This document shows, piece after piece, positions 1 to 6,864 of a stretch of DNA of 44,711 nucleotides. The DNA comes from a virus (taxonomy: Duplodnaviria; Caudoviricetes). The DNA lies in IMG/VR virus record IMGVR_UViG_3300046779_001323, positions 1 through 44,711 of that record; one strand, written 5' to 3'. The translations under genes were made by a program, and so were the position numbers. The notes beneath the pieces were generated by a model. The model was not told where the DNA came from, searched no databases, and saw only the letters and a list, made by a program, of their open reading frames with translations. Every line of letters begins with the position of its first letter. Position 1 is the stretch's first letter.

Positions 1-217
1 CCGTCTACGATGGCGTGAGCCAGGTCCAGATAGCCAGCGATACGCATAGCTTGCTGAGTCAGCTCAGCTAGTTCGGCATTAGTCGACATAGGTATCACTC
101 ACGCTTCCGATAGATACTAGCTCACCATCGACATAGAGTTCGTGGTGCTTCGGCTTTGCCATTTCTGGCGTTACGCCAGCGGGCAGGGCAACGCCATGCT
201 CAGTGAACCTGTGCCAC
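1..217. repeat. Terminal direct repeat, left copy (circular assembly overlap)
   Basis: 1-217 matches 44495-44711 except at two positions (86 a/c, 90 a/g). Confidence 0.95.
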
Positions 218-312
218 AAGGTATACCTTGGGCTAATGGTTGTCCAGCACTCCGGACACGCAGTTGCTACAACTGCTTCACGAGCTTCGGCCCAATTCTT
301 GAACCTGCTCAT
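79..312 (-). CDS. Small hypothetical protein with C2H2-like zinc finger
   Basis: RBS GAAGGGAG upstream; motif CPEC-x11-H-x4-H. Confidence 0.7.
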   Translation of the reverse strand: MSRFKNWAEAREAVVATACPECWTTISPRYTLWHRFTEHGVALPAGVTPEMAKPKHHELYVDGELVSIGSVSDTYVD

Positions 313-363
313 TTCAATGCTCCCTTCTCGAGCGATATGTCGATGTAATGCGTTTTTCTCGCC

Positions 364-398
364 TTGTCACCGACAATAACTAAGGCGAATGGTGGCAG
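364..398 (-). promoter_or_regulatory. Conserved 35-bp early-region motif, copy A (candidate phage-specific promoter)
   Basis: CTGCCACCATTcgCCTTAgtTATTGtCggtGaCAA; 26/35 identical to 511-545. Confidence 0.55.
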
Positions 399-510
399 GT
401 AGTTCCGCCCGCGGGAAGTGCCACTGCTCCTGCTCCGAGGGCAAGCCCCACGCACCATGCCCACGCCTAAGGCGGTGGCTATGTGCTAGGGCTATTGCGA
501 CAAGGTTATT

Positions 511-545
511 TTGCCCTTGCCAATAGGTAAGGATAATGGTGGCAG
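511..545 (-). promoter_or_regulatory. Conserved 35-bp early-region motif, copy B
   Basis: CTGCCACCATTatCCTTAccTATTGgCaagGgCAA; lies just downstream of the 603-628 terminator. Confidence 0.55.
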
Positions 546-602
546 TTCAGGGGGCAGGGGCAGGGGCAGAGACTTTCCAGTCGTTTCCTTTCTATGCGAA
601 GG

Positions 603-628
603 AAAAAGCCCCCGCCGAAGCGGGGGCT
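603..628 (-). terminator. Rho-independent terminator
   Basis: AGCCCCCGC-UUCG-GCGGGGGCU followed by a U-tract, directly after the 640-945 stop codon. Confidence 0.85.
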
Positions 629-639
629 CTCTCGTGGTG

Positions 640-945
640 CTAGAGTTCGAATGGGTTATCGAACATTCCGGAGTAGTCGGATGGTTCATACACCGCAGGG
701 CCAACGCCCAGCGCGTATGGGTTGGAGCGCATCTCGTCGAGCTCCGCCTCAAGCTTCGTGATCTCGAGGTCAATCTGCTCGAGCTCGCGGCCAACCTGCT
801 CAATCTGGAAGTCGAGGCGTGCCCACTCCCAGATCTTTAGCTCTGCCTGAGCAAAGCTAACGTGTAGTGCCTTCATCACATCTACAGGGTCACCGTAGAA
901 GTGCAAGTGGTCGCAGCGAACTGGACCGTGGTACTTGTTCATCAT
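640..945 (-). CDS. Hypothetical protein with coiled coil
   Basis: RBS AATAGAAAG; heptad stretch IEQVGRELEQIDLEITKLEAELDEM. Confidence 0.75.
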   Translation of the reverse strand: MMNKYHGPVRCDHLHFYGDPVDVMKALHVSFAQAELKIWEWARLDFQIEQVGRELEQIDLEITKLEAELDEMRSNPYALGVGPAVYEPSDYSGMFDNPFEL

Positions 946-974
946 TTCAGTATCTTTCTATTAGTAAGGTGGTG

Positions 975-1004
975 CACCCGCCCCCCATTGCTGGGGGGCA
1001 GGTG
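975..1004 (-). terminator. GC-rich hairpin with GCAA tetraloop (terminator or processing/stability element)
   Basis: CACCUGCCCCCCA-GCAA-UGGGGGGCGGGUG after the 1016 stop codon; no U-tail. Confidence 0.5.
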
Positions 1005-1015
1005 GGTTAGGATGC

Positions 1016-2203
1016 CTAAGCTGCGAACAGCTCGAGTGCGTCCTTGTAGGAGCGGTTGAAGAGGGACTTGCCAAGCTCGTCCTCAAGCTCAGCAAGCGAG
1101 TAGCCCTCGTTGAGGCAGTGGACAAAGGCGATAGCCTTAGCCTCTGCTGCGCCGAGCTCGGACTTGCTGAGGTACTCCTGGAGCATCTCAGCGCGGTCAA
1201 CCTTGAGTTCGTCAAGCTCGTACTTGTGGAAGTACTCGGACTCAGGGCCGTTGACAAGCAAGTCGCCAACCTGGATTGCGTCGTAGACGAGCGACTCAGA
1301 GAACACACCCTCTGGGGTTAGACCCTCGAGGACGCGGTTGAACTGCTTGAAGCCCTCGCGGTAGACCTTGCCTACCTCGCGGTAGACAGAGCCTGCGCTA
1401 GGCAGCAGGTCAGCTGCGTGGTTGCGGTAGAACTCGGAGCGTAGGATGGTCTCACGAAGCTCGAGACCAGTACGTGCGTGGCGGACAGGAGCTGCCATCG
1501 TCTGACGACGAAGGGCTCCGCGCTTGCCCCGCTTCTCGTCAAAGACGTAGCGGGTGAACTGGTCGAACCGAGCAACACGAGACAGCTCAGCACCACTGCG
1601 GTAGTCACGCATGGTAGCGCGTGCTGCCTTGATGGTAGCTGCGTCCCAGTCTAGGTCGAGGTCAGCTACGACCGAGTCGACTAGCAGGTTGACGTAGGCA
1701 CGCCATAGTGCTAGCGAGACGATGTCCTCTGGCGAGTAGCCCAGAAGACCTAGGTCGTTCTTGCCCTGACGCTGCTTGGCAACCTCACGACGAACGATGC
1801 GCTCGAGGAGGTCCTCGTTGGCAGGCTCGTTGAATACCGAGCTTACGTACTCACGGTACTCGTCAGCAAGCTCGGGGAAGCCACCCTTGCGGGCAGCAGC
1901 CTCGGTCTTGAGGTAGCCGATGTCGTGCTTGGTGCGCACCCAAGCCCCGAAGGACATAGGTGGGTTCCAAGTGCGGCGGGCGTTAGGGAGCTGCTTGCTC
2001 TCCCACTCCTCGCACACAGCGCAGACCATCTCGAGCTCGTCGAACTCAGGGGTCTGGCAGATGTGCTGGATAGCGAGAGGCTTGACAGCCTCGGCCTTAG
2101 CAGCAGACCGCTCACCCTTAAGGGTCTTCGGCTGCTTGCTCGACTTAGTAGAGACCTTGGCAGCCTGAGCTGCGAAGATCTCCGCAATAGACAATGAAGT
2201 CAT
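1016..2203 (-). CDS. Putative divergent sigma70/ECF-like transcription factor
   Basis: Region-2-like RIVRREV...PEDIVSLALWRAY and C-terminal region-4-like LGAAEAKAIAFVHCLNEGYSLAELEDELGKS; strong RBS AGAAAGG. The ORF is secure; the function is inferred. Confidence 0.55.
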   Translation of the reverse strand: MTSLSIAEIFAAQAAKVSTKSSKQPKTLKGERSAAKAEAVKPLAIQHICQTPEFDELEMVCAVCEEWESKQLPNARRTWNPPMSFGAWVRTKHDIGYLKTEAAARKGGFPELADEYREYVSSVFNEPANEDLLERIVRREVAKQRQGKNDLGLLGYSPEDIVSLALWRAYVNLLVDSVVADLDLDWDAATIKAARATMRDYRSGAELSRVARFDQFTRYVFDEKRGKRGALRRQTMAAPVRHARTGLELRETILRSEFYRNHAADLLPSAGSVYREVGKVYREGFKQFNRVLEGLTPEGVFSESLVYDAIQVGDLLVNGPESEYFHKYELDELKVDRAEMLQEYLSKSELGAAEAKAIAFVHCLNEGYSLAELEDELGKSLFNRSYKDALELFAA

Positions 2204-2441
2204 TGCTTTTACCTTTCTATTAGTGAGTGCTAACTAGCTACAGTTGAAGCCCTAGTAGCTTGTCCTCGTAAGGCATAGTCACCTTGACGACCGGAGTTTC
2301 CTAGACCCCATACCTGGATGGCATGACGAATGTCGTCAACATGAGCACGGTGGTCATACTTAGTTTGCGTACACCTGGGCATACGTGTGCCTATGTATGC
2401 GTGCTCTCCCAGAGGGCATGGGGCCGTTCTGGGACCCTACC

Positions 2442-2470
2442 AGACTGGCTTTTACACAGGGTTTTGTCAA
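2442..2470 (-). promoter_or_regulatory. Candidate host-sigma early promoter
   Basis: TTGACA-17 nt-CAGTCT pointing toward the 1016-2203 gene. Confidence 0.35.
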
Positions 2471-2655
2471 AAAAAATTGACCCCTACCCCAAAACCCCCA
2501 CGGGATAAGGGTTCGCTTGATGTTGAACCCCCAATCACTGAGTCACTGTGTAAACGATTCACTCGCTAGAGCCAGTACCATTTTGACTTGCGTATCATCT
2601 CATGCCCCCTGTCCAAAATTTTTTTTCGTGATGCTTATATGCGTATCATTTCCGT

Positions 2656-2661
2656 TATACT
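2656..2661 (+). promoter_or_regulatory. -10 element of a leaderless transcript
   Basis: TATACT 6 nt before ATG 2668; no SD present. Confidence 0.6.
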
Positions 2662-2667
2662 TTTGAC

Positions 2668-3183
2668 ATGCCAAATTACGAGACGCACCCGCTACGGATC
2701 CTCCGCCGTATGCACGGGTTGGAGATGGTGGAGCTTGCCCGCCTAGCAGGAGTATCGCGAGCGACGATTTCCCAGATCGAGGAAGGTCGCACGAAGAAAC
2801 CGAACAAGAAGGTAGTCCAGGTACTTGCCAGGATGTCCGGCTACAGCCCAGAGGAGCTGAACAAAAAGGTAGACGATTGGAAAGAGGCGCTGCCGACTAC
2901 GCTGCCGCCGAGATGGAAGGCTTTGATTTCACTTCCAGCCGACTCGCTCCATGACCTGTACCCATCGTTCCAGGACTGGCGAATCGAGCTGTCCGAGAAC
3001 CCGACGCACTTTGCCTCAGTGCTCCGTATCAACCGCCTGACCGTCGCAAAGTACGAGCGAAACCAGTTCGTCGGCGGCATGCCAGACACCCTGGCACACG
3101 CCCTGTCGTCCCAGCTAGGACTAAGCGAAGAATACCTATCTGCACTAGAAAGCTTGCCACCATGTCCGACGAACAAGAACTAG
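2668..3183 (+). CDS. XRE-family helix-turn-helix regulator (possibly two HTH domains)
   Basis: LRILRRMHGLEMVELARLAGVSRATISQIEEG; second degenerate HTH FASVLRINRLTVAKYE. Confidence 0.85.
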   Translation: MPNYETHPLRILRRMHGLEMVELARLAGVSRATISQIEEGRTKKPNKKVVQVLARMSGYSPEELNKKVDDWKEALPTTLPPRWKALISLPADSLHDLYPSFQDWRIELSENPTHFASVLRINRLTVAKYERNQFVGGMPDTLAHALSSQLGLSEEYLSALESLPPCPTNKN

Positions 3184-3890
3184 ATACAATAATTCCGTCA
3201 GGAGTTGCCATATATGGGAAGACTAACGCGAAGAAGGGCCGCAAGGCTCCGGAGCAACTCCTATTTGAACGAGCAATTAACGCTGCATGGCTGGCTCATT
3301 CACGAGGTTTTCCGATTGAACCGAGGACGATCTATGAGCAGGACAGGTCTTTATCTATCCCTGTTCTCACTGGACTTCTTGCCACTCCCAAATTCAAAAC
3401 CGCCCTCGAAGCCAGGGGAATCCCCGCCGAAGTCCCAGTAGGCATCACAGCAGAGCAGGCGTACGCCCTGACGGTCATGACCGACCAGTCGATGTCACTA
3501 GATCCGTTCCAGCGCCTGAAGAAGCTTGGCATCAGCTGGGCACAGTGGCAGGGCTGGCTAAAACAGCCTATGTTCGCCCGTATTTACGGCAAAACTAGCG
3601 AGGATCTACTGAAGTCGAGCGTGCCTGCTGCACTGACGGCGCTCGCTAACAGGGCGCAAGCTGGTAATAACGATGCCATTAAATACTTGCTGGCAATAAC
3701 TGGTTACTACGACCCGTCCGCAAAGGGCCAGACCGCAGAGTATGAACGGGTCATCTCTGCTATGATAGATGCTGTAGAAAAGCATGTAGAAGACCCTGAG
3801 GCCTTGAAGAAAATCTCAGCCGCGGTGTCAGAAGCAGCTAATAGATGGAACGTGCCGCTCGCCGTAGAGGCCGAAATAGTTGAGGATTAA
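3162..3890 (+). CDS. Putative terminase small subunit / HTH DNA-binding protein
   Basis: HTH LKKLGISWAQWQGWLKQPMF followed by helical ALANRAQAGNNDAIKYLL, an architecture typical of TerS. Confidence 0.55.
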   Translation: MSDEQELDTIIPSGVAIYGKTNAKKGRKAPEQLLFERAINAAWLAHSRGFPIEPRTIYEQDRSLSIPVLTGLLATPKFKTALEARGIPAEVPVGITAEQAYALTVMTDQSMSLDPFQRLKKLGISWAQWQGWLKQPMFARIYGKTSEDLLKSSVPAALTALANRAQAGNNDAIKYLLAITGYYDPSAKGQTAEYERVISAMIDAVEKHVEDPEALKKISAAVSEAANRWNVPLAVEAEIVED

Positions 3891-3891
3891 C

Positions 3892-4194
3892 ATGAAGCCA
3901 AGCGGATCAAGCTCAAGCGGCCCAGAGACTAAGAAGTACCTATCCCAGCCACGTGAGCGTCAGGCCACAATCGCTGAGAAAAAGGAAGCGCGAAAGACCC
4001 TTCAGGAGCGAGAGGCTACTAGAAGCACTAAGCCAGACTACATGCAGAAGACGGCTAAGATGACCGCCCTAAAGCGCGAACTTGCCTCCCGCAAAGCCCA
4101 GGCAAACAAGGCTGAGGCACGTAAGCCAGGAGAGAGCGCAGCAGCTCACAAGAAGCGTGTAGCGGAATCTCGCTACGGAAACCCTAACGAGTAG
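3892..4194 (+). CDS. Basic hypothetical protein
   Basis: GAGGA RBS before ATG 3892; K/R/A-rich. Confidence 0.65.
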   Translation: MKPSGSSSSGPETKKYLSQPRERQATIAEKKEARKTLQEREATRSTKPDYMQKTAKMTALKRELASRKAQANKAEARKPGESAAAHKKRVAESRYGNPNE

Positions 4195-4200
4195 GAAAAT

Positions 4201-4539
4201 ATGCCAAACGTAAACGGACAAGACTTCCCTTACACCAAGGAAGGTATGGCTGCTGCAGCTAAGGCTAAGAAGTCTTCTGGCTCCATGAGCAATGAGCAGA
4301 TGGCCAAGAAGAGCGGCATGAATGACGTAGCCCAGAAGAGACAGGCTGCTGTCTCCAAGGTTGACGCCATGAAGTCTGCACTAAAACGAGCCGCTAGCGC
4401 GGCTAAAAAGACCCCTGCGGGGTCAGTAGCTGCTGGACTAGAGTACAAGCTTCCTGCACGCATCGGAGACACCGGAACCAAGTCGAACATGCCAGCAACT
4501 AAGAGCGAACCGCTCAAGAAGAAGAACCTAGCCCAGTAA
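4201..4539 (+). CDS. Basic K/A-rich phage protein
   Basis: N-terminal MPNVNGQDFPYTKEG, a motif type I associate with small phage late proteins; AGGA RBS. Confidence 0.7.
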   Translation: MPNVNGQDFPYTKEGMAAAAKAKKSSGSMSNEQMAKKSGMNDVAQKRQAAVSKVDAMKSALKRAASAAKKTPAGSVAAGLEYKLPARIGDTGTKSNMPATKSEPLKKKNLAQ

Positions 4540-4549
4540 GAGGTAGCTA

Positions 4550-5524
4550 ATGCCAAGCACAGGTGATGCGCCACTAAACCTGCTCAAGCCTGAGCAAGGT
4601 GAGGTAGTTAACCTATCGGTTATCAACTTTAACTACGACACAATCAACGATTATGCCGTAGATAATGACGCACGCGTGCTTCTAGTCGAGGAACTTAACG
4701 CTGCACAGACCGTTCGCCTAAACGGCATCGACACTCTGAACACCACCCAGAACTCTCGTCTTACCGCTATCGAGACTCTGAACACCACTCAGACTTCTCG
4801 TCTTGATGGCATTGACACTCTCAACACCACCCAGAACGGTCGCCTGACAGCCCTAGAAGCTGCTGACGTGGCTCTGGACACTCGTCTGGATGTCATTGAG
4901 GCATTTAACGCTGGTACTCGTCTGACGGCTATCGAGACCCTAAACACCACCCAGACTTCCCGTTTGGATGGAATCGACACCCTCAATACCACTCAGAACT
5001 CACGTCTAACGGCCATTGAGACCTTGAACACCACTCAGACTTCCCGTCTAGATGGTATCGACACCCTTAATACCACTCAGAACACTCGTCTTACTGCTGC
5101 TGAGGAAAGCATCGCAGACCTCGAGGCTGTGGACATTATCCACGGCAATCGCCTAGATTCCCTAGAGGCTTACGATCTCACGGTCGAGACTAGACTAGAC
5201 GCACTTGAGTCGGTTGACACAAACTACGACACCAGGCTAGACAACCTAGAGGCTGCAGATGTGGCGCTAGACGGTCGTCTGGACACCATCGAAGCGCTAA
5301 ACGCTGGCACTCGCCTAACGGCTATTGAGACCCTGAACACCACTCAGACTTCTCGTCTAGATGGTATCGACACCCTTAACACCACTCAGAACTCTCGCCT
5401 AACTGCAATCGAGACCCTGAACACCACTCAGACCTCCCGATTGGACGGCATTGACACACTTAACACCACTCAGAACACTCGTCTTACTGCGCTAGAGACT
5501 TCGATCGACGGTGGAACCCCGTAA
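4550..5524 (+). CDS. Trimeric coiled-coil fibre/whisker protein
   Basis: 11 copies of TLNTTQ in a 14-aa period with R-L-x-x-(I/L)-(E/D) trimer motifs; fibre-anchor-like N-terminus LNLLKP..INFNYDTIN; ends IDGGTP. Confidence 0.75.
   Translation: MPSTGDAPLNLLKPEQGEVVNLSVINFNYDTINDYAVDNDARVLLVEELNAAQTVRLNGIDTLNTTQNSRLTAIETLNTTQTSRLDGIDTLNTTQNGRLTALEAADVALDTRLDVIEAFNAGTRLTAIETLNTTQTSRLDGIDTLNTTQNSRLTAIETLNTTQTSRLDGIDTLNTTQNTRLTAAEESIADLEAVDIIHGNRLDSLEAYDLTVETRLDALESVDTNYDTRLDNLEAADVALDGRLDTIEALNAGTRLTAIETLNTTQTSRLDGIDTLNTTQNSRLTAIETLNTTQTSRLDGIDTLNTTQNTRLTALETSIDGGTP
4715..5498 (+). repeat. Intragenic 42-bp tandem repeats with a higher-order block duplication
   Basis: Repeated ac(t/c)ctNaacaccac(t/c)caga units; block ~4855-5095 is duplicated at ~5246-5486. 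Boundaries approximate. Confidence 0.85.
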
Positions 5525-5769
5525 TGGCCGAGGAGCAGCCACATGTGCGGATTACGCTGCAGACTATCTACGACAAGCAGCTAGACAACGAGCGTTTACT
5601 GGTACGCACCCTGGAGAGGCTGGATGGCCTTGCCGATGTACCGGACAGGTTGAGGGCGGTGGAGACGGCTCAGGCAGAGTCGGCTTGGGTCCCAAAAGTA
5701 GTACTAGCCAGCTTAGTAGCTGGCATCTCAGGCTTGGCAACGGCATTATTTACGGCGATTAGAGGTTAA
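5524..5769 (+). CDS. Membrane protein of lysis cassette (holin/antiholin-like)
   Basis: Coiled coil plus one C-terminal TM segment (VVLASLVAGISGLATALF); coupled to the endolysin gene. Confidence 0.7.
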   Translation: MAEEQPHVRITLQTIYDKQLDNERLLVRTLERLDGLADVPDRLRAVETAQAESAWVPKVVLASLVAGISGLATALFTAIRG

Positions 5770-6308
5770 TGATGGCAACTTTCATGCTCCCATTCTCCGA
5801 CAAGGTGCTCACTGGGCACTTTGGCAAGATCCGCACAATCAAGGGCAAAAAGACTCAACCACACCGTGGTACTGACTGGGCTCCAAAGCGCGGAACTCCA
5901 ATTCCTGCTGTTTCCAGTGGGACTGTGATGCTGGTTCAGTACAGCAAAGTTCTTGGCTGGGTTCTCGTTCAGTCCGTCGTCGGCTTCGACAAGAAGGTGA
6001 TGTACGTCGGCTACTGCCACATGGACACCAAGCCAACCCTAAAAGTGGGCGAAAAGCTCAAAATGGGTCAGGTTATTGGCAAAGTAGGCAATGAAGGCTT
6101 CTCTAGCGGGGCTCATTTACATGCCACCCTCTCAGACGCCGTCAAAGGCGTTTTCGCGGGTAATGTATACGATCTGTACAAATACCTATCGGAACAAATC
6201 GAAAAGGCTTCTACGGGCAACGTAGAGGGTCAAAAATCTCCAAAGGCGACAAAAAAAGAGGCAAAACCAGCAATTTGTCCAACATGTGGCCAGGAGGTCA
6301 AAAAATGA
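5769..6308 (+). CDS. Endolysin, M23 family metallopeptidase
   Basis: HRGTD (HxxxD), YCHM, G(N)EGFSSGAHLH (HxH); C-terminal CPTCG. Confidence 0.9.
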   Translation: MMATFMLPFSDKVLTGHFGKIRTIKGKKTQPHRGTDWAPKRGTPIPAVSSGTVMLVQYSKVLGWVLVQSVVGFDKKVMYVGYCHMDTKPTLKVGEKLKMGQVIGKVGNEGFSSGAHLHATLSDAVKGVFAGNVYDLYKYLSEQIEKASTGNVEGQKSPKATKKEAKPAICPTCGQEVKK

Positions 6309-6562
6309 ACGTAAAGCGTATTAGCAAGCGAGCAGTTGCATACATCATCCTAAAAGTCTCTGGCACTTTGGGTGGTGGATTCGTATTTGGCGTGGAGGTT
6401 TGGCAGGCAGCAGCCATGGCAGCTTTCATTGGCTTGATGGAAATTAGCGAGGAGCTATCTCGTGCCTATGTCGTCGATGGCGACATTAGCGCAGAAGACG
6501 AGAACGAGATCTTCGGTGGACTTGCAAACGACGAAGACCCAGACGCAGTAGACGAGGACTAA
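6305..6562 (+). CDS. Putative holin
   Basis: AGGAGG RBS and ATGA overlap with the endolysin; two hydrophobic segments, basic N-terminus, acidic tail. Confidence 0.65.
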   Translation: MNVKRISKRAVAYIILKVSGTLGGGFVFGVEVWQAAAMAAFIGLMEISEELSRAYVVDGDISAEDENEIFGGLANDEDPDAVDED

Positions 6563-6864
6563 TGGCTAGCGAAGCTTGGCAGCGCAAAGAAGGTAAGAAT
6601 CCTAAGGGCGGTCTAAACGAGAAGGGTCGCAAGTCCTACGAGGCTGCGAACCCTGGCTCCGATCTGAAGGCTCCGGTAAAGTCCGGTAACAACCCTCGTC
6701 GCGCTTCGTTCCTAGCTCGCATGGGTAACATGCCAGGACCAGAGCGCAAGCCTAACGGTGAGCCAACTCGTCTTCTATTGTCACTCCAGGCCTGGGGCGC
6801 ATCTTCTAAGGCTGACGCCAAGAAGAAGGCTCTAGCCATGAAAGCCAGCAAGCTTAAGGGTTAA
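6562..6864 (+). CDS. Conserved phage protein (DUF6321-like)
   Basis: AWQRKEGKNPKGGLNEKGR...RRASFLARM signature; family name recalled, not searched. Confidence 0.65.
   Translation: MASEAWQRKEGKNPKGGLNEKGRKSYEAANPGSDLKAPVKSGNNPRRASFLARMGNMPGPERKPNGEPTRLLLSLQAWGASSKADAKKKALAMKASKLKG

Noticed and set aside
1-217. Biological direct terminal repeat
   Set aside because: It starts and ends inside ORFs and has two mismatches, so an assembly overlap is more likely.
548-568. G-quadruplex at (CAGGGG)x3
   Set aside because: Only three long G-tracts; insufficient support.
492-840. ORFs 492-803 (-) and 511-840 (+), and similar shadow ORFs genome-wide
   Set aside because: They run through a terminator or overlap better-supported genes and lack an RBS and plausible composition.
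4715-5498. CRISPR-like periodic repeats
   Set aside because: Repeats are in-frame coding units with synonymous variation and no unique spacers.
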